Below the pieces are notes generated by a model. That model saw nothing but the letters and a program-made list of their open reading frames with translations, searched no databases and had not been told where the DNA came from. A stretch of DNA of 63,649 nt, counting the filler, from Octopus bimaculoides (lineage: Eukaryota): the NCBI RefSeq assembly GCF_001194135.2. It is 4 parts of 4 records of this genome, joined end to end, with 100 filler letters (N's around TTAATTAATTAA, not from the genome) between each part and the next. Parts side by side here need not be neighbours in the genome. Positions count along the whole stretch, not along the records: positions 1 to 13,318 come from NC_068987.1; positions 13,419 to 36,506 come from NC_068990.1; 2 more parts are not named here. One strand, written 5' to 3'. The position numbers and the translations under genes are program-made. Of this stretch, positions 11,037 through 23,597 are shown piece by piece. The first letter of the stretch is position 1; the number at the start of each line of letters is the position of its first letter.

Positions 11037-11473
11037 GAACGTATTGCTAGGAACGTTGACGTCTCTTTAAGTAATCTTCACACTCGGATCCTTCTTCACC
11101 TCTTTAAATCCACTTTACTCTTGATCTTCGATCTCTCTTGATCCCCACGACTCACAAAACTGGAGCTTAACCTGGTTTTCATGGCATATAACTGACTGGG
11201 ACTACTGCAGTACCTCCCCACCACTGAACGGAACGTCGGTCCACTGGCCCACCGCAGTGTTAATGTCCCAGTTATCGGTAGAACTCATTTGAAGTCGAGT
11301 GAACTAGAGAAGCGTGAAATGAAGTGTTTTACTCAATAGCACAATGCATCGCCAGGTCCGGGATCGGAACCACGATCTTATTGTCGCGAGTGTAATACTC
11401 TAACCACTCGGCCACTCCTAGACCTCTTTCTAAATCATTTACACTATAGATCTTTAATCCTCCCCTCTCTCTC

Positions 11474-11528
<55 letters not shown>

Positions 11529-12904
11529 TNNNNNNNNNNNNNNNNNNNNNNNNNNNNNNNNNNNNNNNNNNNNNNNNNNNNNNNNNNNNNNNNNNNNNNN
11601 NNNNNNNNNNNNNNNNNNNNNNNNNNNNNNNNNNNNNNNNNNNNNNNNNNNNNNNNNNNNNNNNNNNNNNNNNNNNNNNNNNNNNNNNNNNNNNNNNNNN
11701 NNNNNNNNNNNNNNNNNNNNNNNNNNNNNNNNNNNNNNNNNNNNNNNNNNNNNNNNNNNNNNNNNNNNNNNNNNNNNNNNNNNNNNNNNNNNNNNNNNNN
11801 NNNNNNNNNNNNNNNNNNNNNNNNNNNNNNNNNNNNNNNNNNNNNNNNNNNNNNNNNNNNNNNNNNNNNNNNNNNNNNNNNNNNNNNNNNNNNNNNNNNN
11901 NNNNNNNNNNNNNNNNNNNNNNNNNNNNNNNNNNNNNNNNNNNNNNNNNNNNNNNNNNNNNNNNNNNNNNNNNNNNNNNNNNNNNNNNNNNNNNNNNNNN
12001 NNNNNNNNNNNNNNNNNNNNNNNNNNNNNNNNNNNNNNNNNNNNNNNNNNNNNNNNNNNNNNNNNNNNNNNNNNNNNNNNNNNNNNNNNNNNNNNNNNNN
12101 NNNNNNNNNNNNNNNNNNNNNNNNNNNNNNNNNNNNNNNNNNNNNNNNNNNNNNNNNNNNNNNNNNNNNNNNNNNNNNNNNNNNNNNNNNNNNNNNNNNN
12201 NNNNNNNNNNNNNNNNNNNNNNNNNNNNNNNNNNNNNNNNNNNNNNNNNNNNNNNNNNNNACAAAAAATTGAAATTATTTTTTTTCTGTGCCTCTGATTA
12301 AAATTTTCGAAAAACAAACCAAGCCACATTACTTGGAAAAAAAATCTTTATTGTGCTGGTTTTTCGTAAAATTTCGCGCATGGGAAAGGCAACAAAATCG
12401 CCCCTCCCCACTTTGAATGGGATATTCCTATCTTAAAAAGTAATAATCGATTATCTCGGTAACCATGAGAGTTGGAGGGCAATAAAAATCTCCTGAACAT
12501 GAGCGGACCATGCTGCCGCTCTGTGCTGAATTTAACGCGATTCCACTGCACCGTTCTCGAGTGAATCTGCCGACACTCAATCAATCAATCAAGCAAGCAA
12601 TCAAGCAATCAAGAACACTGCAATTTATAGTATCGATATAGTGAGAATTTACAAAAATAAAGCAAAAGACGAAGACGGGTGTGTAAACAATAAACAGATG
12701 TATTAGTTTAACGCTCGGGGAGTGAGAAAGTCTTTTACGTGTCCTACGCTCGACACGTAATAAACAGAAATAAACAGGGAGAGAAAATAAAAAAAGGATA
12801 TCTCGTGGGCCCTTGAACGTTTACTCTGTCTTTAGATCCTTCCCATTGTCAGACTGTCTATGTCAGCTACGATCTCAAGCTTTGCCTCCTGATCCAATAC
12901 AAAC

Positions 12905-13033
12905 CTCTATGTCTTCTGAATTCGATTCTGACGGACATTTGCTAGGTACAGTGGCTGATACCCGTGTTAACATCTCCTGTACAAAGTTTACTTGTGCGTA
13001 TCGGGCAGCAATGTGCAGAGCCGTGAGCCCGGT
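12905..13033 (-). CDS. TRPN1: TRPN1/NOMPC internal exon, approx. ankyrin repeat 24 + linker (TGLTALHIAARYAQVNFVQEMLTRVSATVPSKCPSESNSEDIE)
   Basis: 129 nt, phase 0/0. Acceptor tttttcgttttcag, donor GAG|gtttgt. Peptide matches the TRPN1 motif GLTALHVAAxxGQxDxVRExLTxVPAT recalled from zebrafish/Drosophila. Not in the supplied ORF track. Confidence 0.9.
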
Positions 13034-13118
13034 CTGAAAACGAAAAATAGAATCTGCTGTTAAAATCTATTCAAAAATTAGCCATGAAGAGATACAGAAA
13101 CATGCTCTAATAAAGTAG

Positions 13119-13318
13119 GTATTTCTATTGCTTTGATGTATTTCTATTGCTTTGATGTATTTCTATTGCTTTGATGTTTTTCTATTGCTTTGATGTATTT
13201 CTATTGCTTTGATGTATTTCTATTGCTTTGATGTATTTCTATTGCTTTGATGTATTTCTATTGCTTTGATGTTTTTCTATTGCTTTGATGTATTTCTATT
13301 GCTTTGATGTATTTCTAT
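13119..13318. repeat. 19-bp minisatellite (gtatttctattgctttgat) x10.5, running into a gap
   Basis: Near-perfect units with an A>T variant; true length unknown. Confidence 0.95.
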
Positions 13319-13418
13319 NNNNNNNNNNNNNNNNNNNNNNNNNNNNNNNNNNNNNNNNNNNNTTAATTAATTAANNNNNNNNNNNNNNNNNNNNNNNNNN
13401 NNNNNNNNNNNNNNNNNN
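13319..13418. other. Unsized scaffolding gap with artificial TTAATTAATTAA linker
   Basis: Exactly 44 N + TTAATTAATTAA (stops in all six frames) + 44 N; identical structure at 36507 and 53158. Confidence 0.95.
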
Positions 13419-13475
<57 letters not shown>

Positions 13476-15093
13476 GGGGCTAGAGTATGATATAATACAT
13501 GTGACATGGAAAACTGCTGTTATAGCTTCAAGGTTTACTTGAGTGTATTATCGATCAAGTTCACATCGTGAAGCTATCATTCATCAATGCAATCACAAAA
13601 TAAAATTCAATAAATGACTTGGTCGACGCTCGTTAAAATCAGCTGCATCTCTACACCAATGCTTCGATGTAGTTTCCATCAATGAGTATGCTGTTATTAC
13701 AGATAATTTAAGCCATTTTTTATTATGTGTTTTTCATAAAAGAAACGAAATACAACAAAACAGCTTAGAACAGAATGGAAATCGACAGTAGCTAGCATAA
13801 ACAGAAGCATTGTCTGAATTAAAACTTTAGTAGACGATAAAAAAGGGATATGTGAGACGTGCAAAGGGAAAGAAACCCATCAAATCTTCCATCCCACTTT
13901 GGTGATTGTAAGTTGACAATAAAAAAAGAACTGCAGGTACTCATCGTTGCTGTAGCGAGCAAGTTTTCCTGTGGAGAAACTATATTTATTGGTTGTCGTT
14001 TGCTTCAGATGACTTGAGTATCTGCACTTGGAGATCTCCTCTCAAAGTATGGAAAGGTAAGACAGATAAGTTTGGAACTAATGTTATCTTAGATGTTGCA
14101 GTCAGAATGCAATTATCAAAAACAGACACCGCAAGACATCACGTCCGATAAGCATGCAGTTTTGCTCATCCATTACCCTGGACTTAATACCTTCTTATCG
14201 ACACTGAAAGGATGACAGACAATGATGAACACGACAGAACATGAGCCCAAAATGCAGAGAGTTGGAAAAAGTGCCACATGGTCCTGTATCCAACTCTAAC
14301 GATAATATTTTCGATTTCTTTCAAACAACTACTGAAACAAACTATTTCCAAGTATGTGTAGATAATGTTCAACTTTTAATTCATGATATTTCAAAATTAG
14401 ATTTGTATAAGTCGGCCCAACTTCACTAACCATAGCTGTGCCTGAATTTTGCTATTTGGCTGCCTCATCGAACATAATGTAATTAAATTGAAGCCCGTCT
14501 ACAATAAATCTCTTATTTCAGTCTGATTGCTCAATAATAAATGAGTCTAGCCAATGTTTGCTAACTTCAATTCCAGAATTATGTTGAATATTACTATATA
14601 TGTTCACTATGATTCAGCAACTGAATGACAACAAATAACCAAAGAATTGTAGTTGATAAACAAACATCAGCTGATATTAAATGAATTGTGGTCTATTATA
14701 TCCTGTGTTTGATTTAATTATACTCCTTGAAATTACATCCCCTTTTACTAACATGTTTATACATTCACAATAATGATTTCATTAACGATCTACAATCATT
14801 TTTTCTTATATTTTTGTTTTATATCGCTTTTGAAATGATACCGAAACGTTTATTGAAATTGGATAAAAACGTTTAGTGACATTGAAGGTACCAATAAAAG
14901 CTGAAACCGGTAAAAAAGATAAAAGTAAATCTTTTCCTATACATTTTATTTTGAAATTATGCGCAAACATTTAATAATACTATATTTTGAAATTCAATAA
15001 AACCTCTGGTGCATTTTAACTCTTTATTTTTCCTATATGATGTGATTTGTGAGGATCGTTGGACATTTTCATTATATATACATGTGTGTGTGT

Positions 15094-15194
<101 letters not shown>

Positions 15195-15799
15195 TATGTG
15201 TGTTCCATCATCGCCTGTATATGTGTGGGTGGAGAAGAATATTTATAGTTAAGTGAATTAACTGAAAGCTACTTTTTACGTAGTACTTTTGGTAAGCAAC
15301 TATATTAGCAAATATTATTATTGTAATGCAGTTACACGTTAAATGTTGAATTTTTCTAGGTTTTTATAAAGCGTGATTCATTTTAGACTGTGTTTATTCC
15401 TAGTTTTAATCTTATGACTTAAGAAAAGATTATCTTTGTATCCATAGGCCTTCATTTATATCCTTGTAAATTTTAATTCATATACAACCCAAATATAAGG
15501 AGCAATTTATCAGAAATGTGTTTTATTCGGCAAGAACTCTCTAGAATAAGCAACATTTCTACTCTTGTGACTTGATGTTCTCATAATAATGTCTTCTTGG
15601 TTCAACGTGTGAGCATACATCATAGCGATAAGCATGATAGGGACAGTTTTACCAGTTCAACTCCTGTATGCTTGAGGAAACTAAAGTCTCTTGAACAGAA
15701 ATAACATATTTGATGAGACAAAAGGAATGCACAAAATGAAAATATCTCTATTAACACAAACAGCCACACGAGGCATAAAAGTTTTGACAGCAAGTATTA

Positions 15800-16195
15800 C
15801 ACACACTGCCAGGTCCCTGACGATGGGTCTGATTGACTTGAAGGGATCGTTGTCAATCATGGCCTGGATCTCAGCAATAAATTCAGGAGTTCTTTTCTTA
15901 TCAGAACGATCAGAGTGAGTTTTCCAAGCTGCCGCACCTTTGCAATCACCATTAGAGTACACTCAACCAACTCTTTACGAATCCTCTGCACTGTTCTCAG
16001 ATTGACGCCCAAACACTCTGAAATGTTCGTATTGGAACTACGGGTGCGAATACCAAGCAGTATAGCTTGGCGTTTCCAAACTCACAGACGGTACCCAACT
16101 GCTCCTTCTATACTGTGCAGCCGACAAAATTTTTAAAAATGCGCATGATCGAAATTAAAAATATAAAATGGCGACAATTTACTCATCGCCCCTTG
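15800..16195 (-). mobile_element. Tc1/mariner-superfamily transposon, 5' fragment (TIR + N-terminal HTH region)
   Basis: TA|CAAGGGGCGATGAGTAAATTGTCGCC terminus at 16195; decayed peptide ...KRTPEFIAEIQAMIDNDPFKSIRPIVRDL. Confidence 0.7.
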
Positions 16196-18717
16196 TATAT
16201 ATACACGTGTGTAAATATATGTGCGTGTATATATATATATATATATATATNNNNNNNNNNNNNNNNNNNNNNNNNNNNNNNNNNNNNNNNNNNNNNNNNN
16301 NNNNNNNNNNNNNNNNNNNNNNNNNNNNNNNNNNNNNNNNNNNNNNNNNNNNNNNNNNNNNNNNNNNNNNNNNNNNNNNNNNNNNNNNNNNNNNNNNNNN
16401 NNNNNNNNNNNNNNNNNNNNNNNNNNNNNNNNNNNNNNNNNNNNNNNNNNNNNNNNNNNNNNNNNNNNNNNNNNNNNNNNNNNNNNNNNNNNNNNNNNNN
16501 NNNNNNNNNNNNNNNNNNNNNNNNNNNNNNNNNNNNNNNNNNNNNNNNNNNNNNNNNNNNNNNNNNNNNNNNNNNNNNNNNNNNNNNNNNNNNNNNNNNN
16601 NNNNNNNNNNNNNNNNNNNNNNNNNNNNNNNNNNNNNNNNNNNNNNNNNNNNNNNNNNNNNNNNNNNNNNNNNNNNNNNNNNNNNNNNNNNNNNNNNNNN
16701 NNNNNNNNNNNNNNNNNNNNNNNNNNNNNNNNNNNNNNNNNNNNNNNNNNNNNNNNNNATATATATATATATATATACATACATACATGCATACATACAT
16801 ACATACATACATACATACATACATACATAGACACACGCGCACATATGTATATTATCTATATATATTTACTTGCATGTGTGTATGTATGTATGTATGTATG
16901 CATGTATGTATGTATGTATGTGTGTATGTATGTATATATGTATGTATACGTATGCATGCTGATATACATACATATATCTGTCCTATATATGTGGGAAATT
17001 CTGTCTGTGGGCGTGTTTGTTGAGTTGTTAGCTAACTCCTCCTACATCGTTTTTGATAAAATTTAACATGTGAGTAGAACTCATGTCTGGAAACCGCATG
17101 ACATACTCAGATTGTTGAAAAAAAAATCGATAATAGGGTCCCTGGAAATGATCCTTATTTATAGCCAAGGGAAATAATCCGATCATTTTCCAAAATTATT
17201 TGGTATAAATCAAATTGAGTATGCTTATTTCTTACTATTTGAACTGTTAGACTTATGTTCGCACTTTATCCAGTACAACCCTTAAACAAGTAAATAGTAT
17301 TTTCCTAAACAATCAATCCACTTAATTCGGTTAGTGACGTATTCATGAATGTTGCCACACTAGCACCCCTGAGGGAAATATTCTCTGGGAACGCACAATG
17401 TTCCTTTCAGAGTTATTTACTTTGAATTGTTATTATCTCATACCTGATTAACCTGTTATTACGTAACATGCTTCACGATTTTATTATACATACCTTATTA
17501 GTATTTCCTCCTATATTCGGGGCTACTTTATTTGAATTCTTACTATCGGGTAACTAATTTCATGTTATTACATAACTGACTTCCCAGTTTGGGTATTCAT
17601 AACTTATTGGGAATTCCTAAAAACAAGATCCTGTGTAAGACAGTTCGGTATTCTCTGTAAATGCACAAAAGCCGTTTTAAGGGCTACATTCTTTGTATTG
17701 TTGTTATTGGATTTGCGAAACAATTATGAGAACGGAACCAAGGGATAAGCTCCGCATCCCGGGAACTAGCGGCTACGTCAGCTAGTATATATATATTTAT
17801 ATATNNNNNNNNNNNNNNNNNNNNNNNNNNNNNNNNNNNNNNNNNNNNNNNNNNNNNNNNNNNNNNNNNNNNNNNNNNNNNNNNNNNNNNNNNNNNNNNN
17901 NNNNNNNNNNNNNNNNNNNNNNNNNNNNNNNNNNNNNNNNNNNNNNNNNNNNNNNNNNNNNNNNNNNNNNNNNNNNNNNNNNNNNNNNNNNNNNNNNNNN
18001 NNNNNNNNNNNNNNNNNNNNNNNNNNNNNNNNNNNNNNNNNNNNNNNNNNNNNNNNNNNNNNNNNNNNNNNNNNNNNNNNNNNNNNNNNNNNNNNNNNNN
18101 NNNNNNNNNNNNNNNNNNNNNNNNNNNNNNNNNNNNNNNNNNNNNNNNNNNNNNNNNNNNNNNNNNNNNNNNNNNNNNNNNNNNNNNNNNNNNNNNNNNN
18201 NNNNNNNNNNNNNNNNNNNNNNNNNNNNNNNNNNNNNNNNNNNNNNNNNNNNNNNNNNNNNNNNNNNNNNTATATATATATATATATATATATATCCATA
18301 CATACATATATAAATGGATGGATGGATAAGTGTAAGCACACACACACTCTCACTCCCTCACTCACTCTCTCTTTCTCTCTCTGTCTTTCTCTCTTTCTCC
18401 CCTCCCTCTCTCTCTCTCTCTCCCTTTCTCTCTCTCTCTTCCCACTCACAATCCGAAACCTGTAATTTAAATCAAAGTGGCCTTGTGACACCGGAATGCT
18501 AACAGTCTGCATACAAATGCGATACCCTACAAAGATAGCATGCTCATACCTTCACATGCTCCTCTTCCTACTCAGTGAGATAATCTTCGGGGAGGAGAAA
18601 CCATTAAGCCCAGACGTATACGTGCCAACATGTGTGACATCAGGTCACTGACCCACTGAAAGCATAGAAAAGAATAACCTTATGATTAAATATATATATT
18701 ATCTATATTAAAATCTA

Positions 18718-18888
18718 TAGGTGTGGCTACGTGGTTAAAAAGCTCGCTTTACAGCCACGTTGTTTCGAGTTCAGTTTGACTTCGCAGCACCTTAGGCAAA
18801 TGTCTTCTATTATAGTCCCGGGCTGACATAATGCCCTCTGTGCGAACTTGATAGAGGGAAACTGTATGGAAGCCCATCTTATATATGC

Positions 18889-18929
<41 letters not shown>

Positions 18930-18931
18930 TG

Positions 18932-18989
<58 letters not shown>

Positions 18990-19230
18990 TAGATACACAT
19001 GTATATGTAGATAGATAGATAGATACAGATAGATAGATAGATAGATACAGACAGACAGACCACTGACAACCGATGTTAGTGTGTTTATGTCCCCGTAAGT
19101 TAGAGATTCGGCAAAAGAGAACGATAGAATAAGTTTCAGATTTCAAAAACAAATAAATAAAAAAAGTGCTGCAGTCGATTAATTCGACTAAGGCCAGAGT
19201 CTGGTGACTGAAAGAAGGAAAAGATAAAAG
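18718..19230 (+). mobile_element. SINE family B, diverged, with expanded compound microsatellite
   Basis: Head aggtgtggctacgtggttaaaaagctcgc; TG/TA/GA/GATA centre; tail gacaaccgatgttagtgtg. Confidence 0.78.
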
Positions 19231-19239
19231 ATATAAAAA

Positions 19240-19995
19240 TATACGTTTTTAGTTCGTGTGTCTTTATATTCTGAGTTCAAATTCCGCCGAGGTCGATTTT
19301 GCCTTTTATCCTTTCGGGGTCGATAAATTAAGTACCAGTTGCGTACTGAGATCGATCTAGTCGACTGGACCCCTCCCCAAAAATTTCGGGCCTTGTGCCT
19401 AGAGTAGTAAAGAATGTTGCTGACATTCAAAGCGGCGAGCTGGCAGAAACGTTAGCACGCCGAGCGAAATGCTTAGCGGTATTTCGTCTATCTTTACGTT
19501 CTGTGTTCAAATTCCACCGAAGTCGACTTTGCCTTTCATCCTTTCGGGGTCGATAAATTAAGTACCAGTTGCGTAGTGGGATCGATCTAATCGACTTAAT
19601 CCCTTTGTCTGTCCTTGCTTGTCCCCTCTGTGTATAGTCCCTTGTGGGCAATAAAGAAATAAGAAATGTTATCACGCCGGGCGAAATGCTTAGCGGTATT
19701 TCATCTGTCGTTACTTTCTGAGTTCAAATTCCGCCGAGGTCGACTTTGCATTTCGTCCTTTCGGGGTCGATAAATTAAGTACCAGTTGCATACTGGGATT
19801 GATCTAATCGACTAGCCTCCTCCCCAAAAATTTCGGGCCTTTTGCCTTGAGTAGAAAAGAATGTTGCTGACATTCTCATGATGGCAAACTAGCAGAACCG
19901 TCGGCACGCCGGACAAAAAGGCTCAGCGGCATTTCTTCCAACTTTACCTTCTGAATTCAAATATCCCCGAGGTCGACTTTGCTTTTCATCCGTTT
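19240..19995 (+). mobile_element. SINE family A cluster (four monomers) including dimer 19431-19862
   Basis: The dimer is flanked by direct repeat agaatgttgctgacattc at 19411-19428 and 19858-19875. Confidence 0.9.
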
Positions 19996-20029
19996 CATGA
20001 ATGTAAATGATACCTTTGCTGTCGAAATG

Positions 20030-20215
20030 GGAGGAGTGAGGAGGGGCGTCCCGTTGGACTTGCTCTGCCTGGCCTCTTGTAACACTGAAAATAGATGCTC
20101 GGCTAACAAAGCTAATCCATAAGCAATCCGGATCATTTCATGAGTTGCTTTAACATTTTTCTTCAGTTTCTTACATAGCGAGTTTCCAAATTGTCTTCGC
20201 GCCCCGAATGCATCC
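20030..20215 (-). mobile_element. Decayed mariner transposase N-terminus (possible)
   Basis: KLKKNVKATHEMIRIAYG..SRASIFQCYKR..GRPS resembles the mariner HTH; frameshifted. Confidence 0.4.
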
Positions 20216-20995
20216 TTCTAAATAGTCAGTTGATCGTTGGGGGTCGATATAATTCACTAGCCTCCTCCTCCAAAATTTCAAGCTTTGTGTCTCCAATAAA
20301 AAAAATATATATCTAGCTTGCGATAAATATACCTATAACTTTCTGCAGCTATGAAGAGTGTTTCACCTCTAATACGTTCAAGTAGATTAGTCCAACTATA
20401 CTAATGACATTCTTTTTGGCTTCCATATTTATTCAAAATTTCGTCGCAATGTTTCTTGTTCCACTTCAAAGAATATATTTGAAATATTCCAATACTTCGT
20501 AGAAGATGATCGGAGATAATTCTTGTACTTTCTGTTTTCTCTTAAATCGATTGCTTTTGTGTTGGAGACAACCAGAATCTTGCTGTTCATTTATCTACTC
20601 GGATTGATCGAAAATTTAATATTGCTGTTGCTGTTGCTGCTACTGCCGCTATCATCTTTGGCTTCGGGCTTCCTTACAAGTAGTCGAGATATATGTTTGC
20701 CAGTCTATTCAACTCCGTTTAAGTGCCACATACCTCTTCCTGGCTTTCAGGGCGTCGGTTTATCCAAAAGTTAGGGAAAAAATAGAGATAACATTAAAAC
20801 TACATTTTAATAGTTGCATTATTTTGGCTTCCAAATATATTTCACATTTTATATAATGCTACGATTTTCACTGCGAAGAATTTTTGCTGCACAGTTTGGT
20901 CGTCCATATATTTTAACCATTGGTTTCGTGGTTATTGTGTATAAATTTGCATTTGTCAGTAGCCTTTTCAGCGACTTAGGTTACTTTTTACATTT

Positions 20996-21408
20996 ACTCT
21001 TCTCTTTTTACTCTTTTACTTGTTTCAGTCATTTGACTGCGGCCATGCTGGAGCACCGCCTTTAGTCGAGCAAATCGACCCCAGGACTTTAGTCGAGCAA
21101 ATCTACCCCTAGTACTTATTCTAGCGGTCTCTTTTGCCGAACCGCTAAGTGACGGGGACATAAACACACCAGCATCGGTTGTCAAGCAATGCTAGGGGGA
21201 CAAACACAGACACACAAACACACATATACATATATATATATACATATATACGACGGGCTTCTTTCAATTTCCGTCTACCAAATCCACTCACAAGGCTTTG
21301 GTCGGCTCGAGGCTATAGTAGAAGACACTTGCCCAAGACGCCACGCAGTGGGACTGAACCCGGAACCTTGCGGCTGGTAAGCAAGCTACTTACCACACAG
21401 CCACTCTT
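20996..21408 (-). mobile_element. SINE family B, full length, with small internal duplication
   Basis: Near-consensus; tttagtcgagcaaatc duplicated at about 21060-21105. Confidence 0.92.
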
Positions 21409-21499
21409 GAGCCTATATTTGATGAATTTGTTTTCAGAATGTTGTTCATTTTTTAATCCCTAGTGAGCATCGATAGATTTTGTACAATAGTGTTGTATG

Positions 21500-22312
21500 C
21501 ATCATTGTTTCTAGAATGGTAAGTTGATATATGCGGTAGTATTTTCAGATGAGGTGTGGTGTTCCGTTTTTGTTTTCCTTAGTGTTATAATGCCTATCTT
21601 CTTGGCACTTTTAATTCCATCATCTATAAGTGATGTTGGACACTGTCTCTCAGTTAGTGTTGTTCTGAGGTCTTGAAGGTAGAGATTCTGAGTATTTCCA
21701 TCAGACACTATTGTGCAAATCATTTTCGCTAAATTAAAGTGAGTATTTCTATTGATGTGTTTCATGTTGCATGAGCTAAACAGACGACATTGCTTCGAGT
21801 CCGTTGGTTTATGATGAATGTCAGTTACAATTTGGTTGTTGACTTTTTTTTATCAAAATATCTAAGAAATGGAGTAGTTCTTTGCTATATTCCATTATAA
21901 ACTGAATGTTCGGCTTTATACTATTTAGTATTGATTTAAATTCTAAAAGTTTATCAATGATCTCATTCCAAATGATCAAGCAGTCATCCAGATATCTTTT
22001 CCAATTCTCTCTTATATAATGGTGAAATGGATGTCCATATCTTTGCAGTGACACGTCATACATGGAGAATTCAAAATATCCACTATTAGGTTCTCAAGAA
22101 CAGGGGCTGCTTTCGTTCCCATCACAATTCCATATTATTGTCGATAGTAGGTGTTATCAAATAGGAAATAATTGTTCTCAAATTTCAATTTTAAAGTTTC
22201 AATAATAAAAAAAAAAAACTGGTTTATGCGTTCCGGAAGTTTTTCGGGGTACGTTTCCTGCTAGAATTTTATTTCTTCCATTCCATAGTCATGTGGGATA
22301 TTACAATAACTC
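21500..22312 (-). mobile_element. Penelope-like element, reverse transcriptase fragment (pseudogenised)
   Basis: YCNIPHDYG, ENNYFLFDNTYYRQ..GIVMGTKAAP, WKRYLDDCLIIW, PNIQFIMEYSKELLHFLDILIKK: PLE RT motifs with stops and frameshifts. Confidence 0.88.
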
Positions 22313-22425
22313 CAATGCCATGATTAGCAAAAGCGAAACCGGTTGACAACCACAATATTCTTTCATTTAAAATATATTAAAACTATGTAAACTGTGTGCA
22401 TCTTTCTTCTTTTATTATACATACA

Positions 22426-22514
<89 letters not shown>

Positions 22515-23019
22515 ATTCACACACACACACAATTAGAATACACCTATAATCAAGGATGTTGCACTCGCGATTCTCGGACCGGGCATGCGTTATGCTCTGA
22601 AACATATTACTCCGTTTCATGTTGCTCCAGTCCACTCAGCAGTAAGTGAGTGACGCTGCAAACGGACTATCGTCCCATTCAGGAGAATTATTGTGATCTC
22701 GGTCATTTATACGTCAAGGAAACCGGATAACAGGCCTGATGAGTCCCAAGACAGTATTTACTTTATCTAATCAGAAATGTATGGAAATATAATGATTCCT
22801 AATATTGTCACAAGATCATAAATTTTATGAGAAATATATAGTCGATTACATCGATTAAATTTGGGGGATGGTGTGTTTTGTTTTCTTCCTTCTCGAATCC
22901 TGAAAGACAAAAACTGTTGCCCTTGTCGAGATTTTAGCTCAGACCGTACAGTTTCAGAACTAACATAATTAGCATTCTCTCCACTTATTCTGCTAATGCA
23001 TTGATTTCCGTGTAAAGAA

Positions 23020-23232
23020 ATAATCCTTTCTACTATAGGGTTAATGCCTGAAATTTAGGGGAGTGGTTAGTCGATTACATTGACCCCGTTCTTTAACTGG
23101 TACTTATTTTATAGGCCCCGAAGGGATGAAAGCGAAGTCGACGTCTACTGAATTTGAACTCAGAATGTAAAGACGGACAAAACACGGCTAAGCATTTTGT
23201 TCGCGTGGAAACGATTCAGTTTGTTCGCCACC
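23020..23232 (-). mobile_element. SINE family A, diverged
   Basis: Short-tail variant in reverse orientation. Confidence 0.75.
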
Positions 23233-23597
23233 ATAGTAAAGATGATAACATTGGTTTCAAATCTTGGCACAAAGCCAGCAAGTTCGGATGAAAGAAAAAG
23301 TTGATTACATCAGCCTCAGAGCACAAATAGTACTGACGAATTTCAACCATGTTTCGTGGTCTGCTACCACAACAGCTCCTTTATAGGATCCAGTTAGCTC
23401 AAGACATCATCAGAAGGAACCACGTCCGGTTTCGGCCCCTACTCCTCTGACATGGCGGGGCCCCCCTTTTCGGAGGTGTCTTCAGCTCTGGTGTTGGGTG
23501 CATGTCTTCTTTCTTCTATTCCCTGGCCTCTTCGATGCAGCATCAACGAGTGTCAGCGTCCGACTGACTGTCTTGTCAAATTCCCCTTTTTATACGT

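Noticed and set aside
13363-13374. Recurrent palindrome TTAATTAATTAA (also 36551 and 53202)
   Set aside because: Centred in exactly 100-bp gaps; an artificial six-frame-stop assembly linker.
17740-17786. Second Helitron 3' end (gctagt with upstream GC-rich stem)
   Set aside because: The hairpin is ambiguous, it lies next to a gap, and no other Helitron feature is visible.
22735-22760. CTGATGAGTCCCAAGAC resembling a schistosome-type hammerhead
   Set aside because: No GAAA follows; the context matches the tail of a decayed V-domain-like SINE.
23380-23440. Hammerhead ribozyme on the minus strand (GAAACCGG...CTGATGA)
   Set aside because: Both core motifs are present, but only 4 nt separate the cleavage site from CUGAUGA so stem I cannot form; the alternative downstream GAAA gives no stem I or III.
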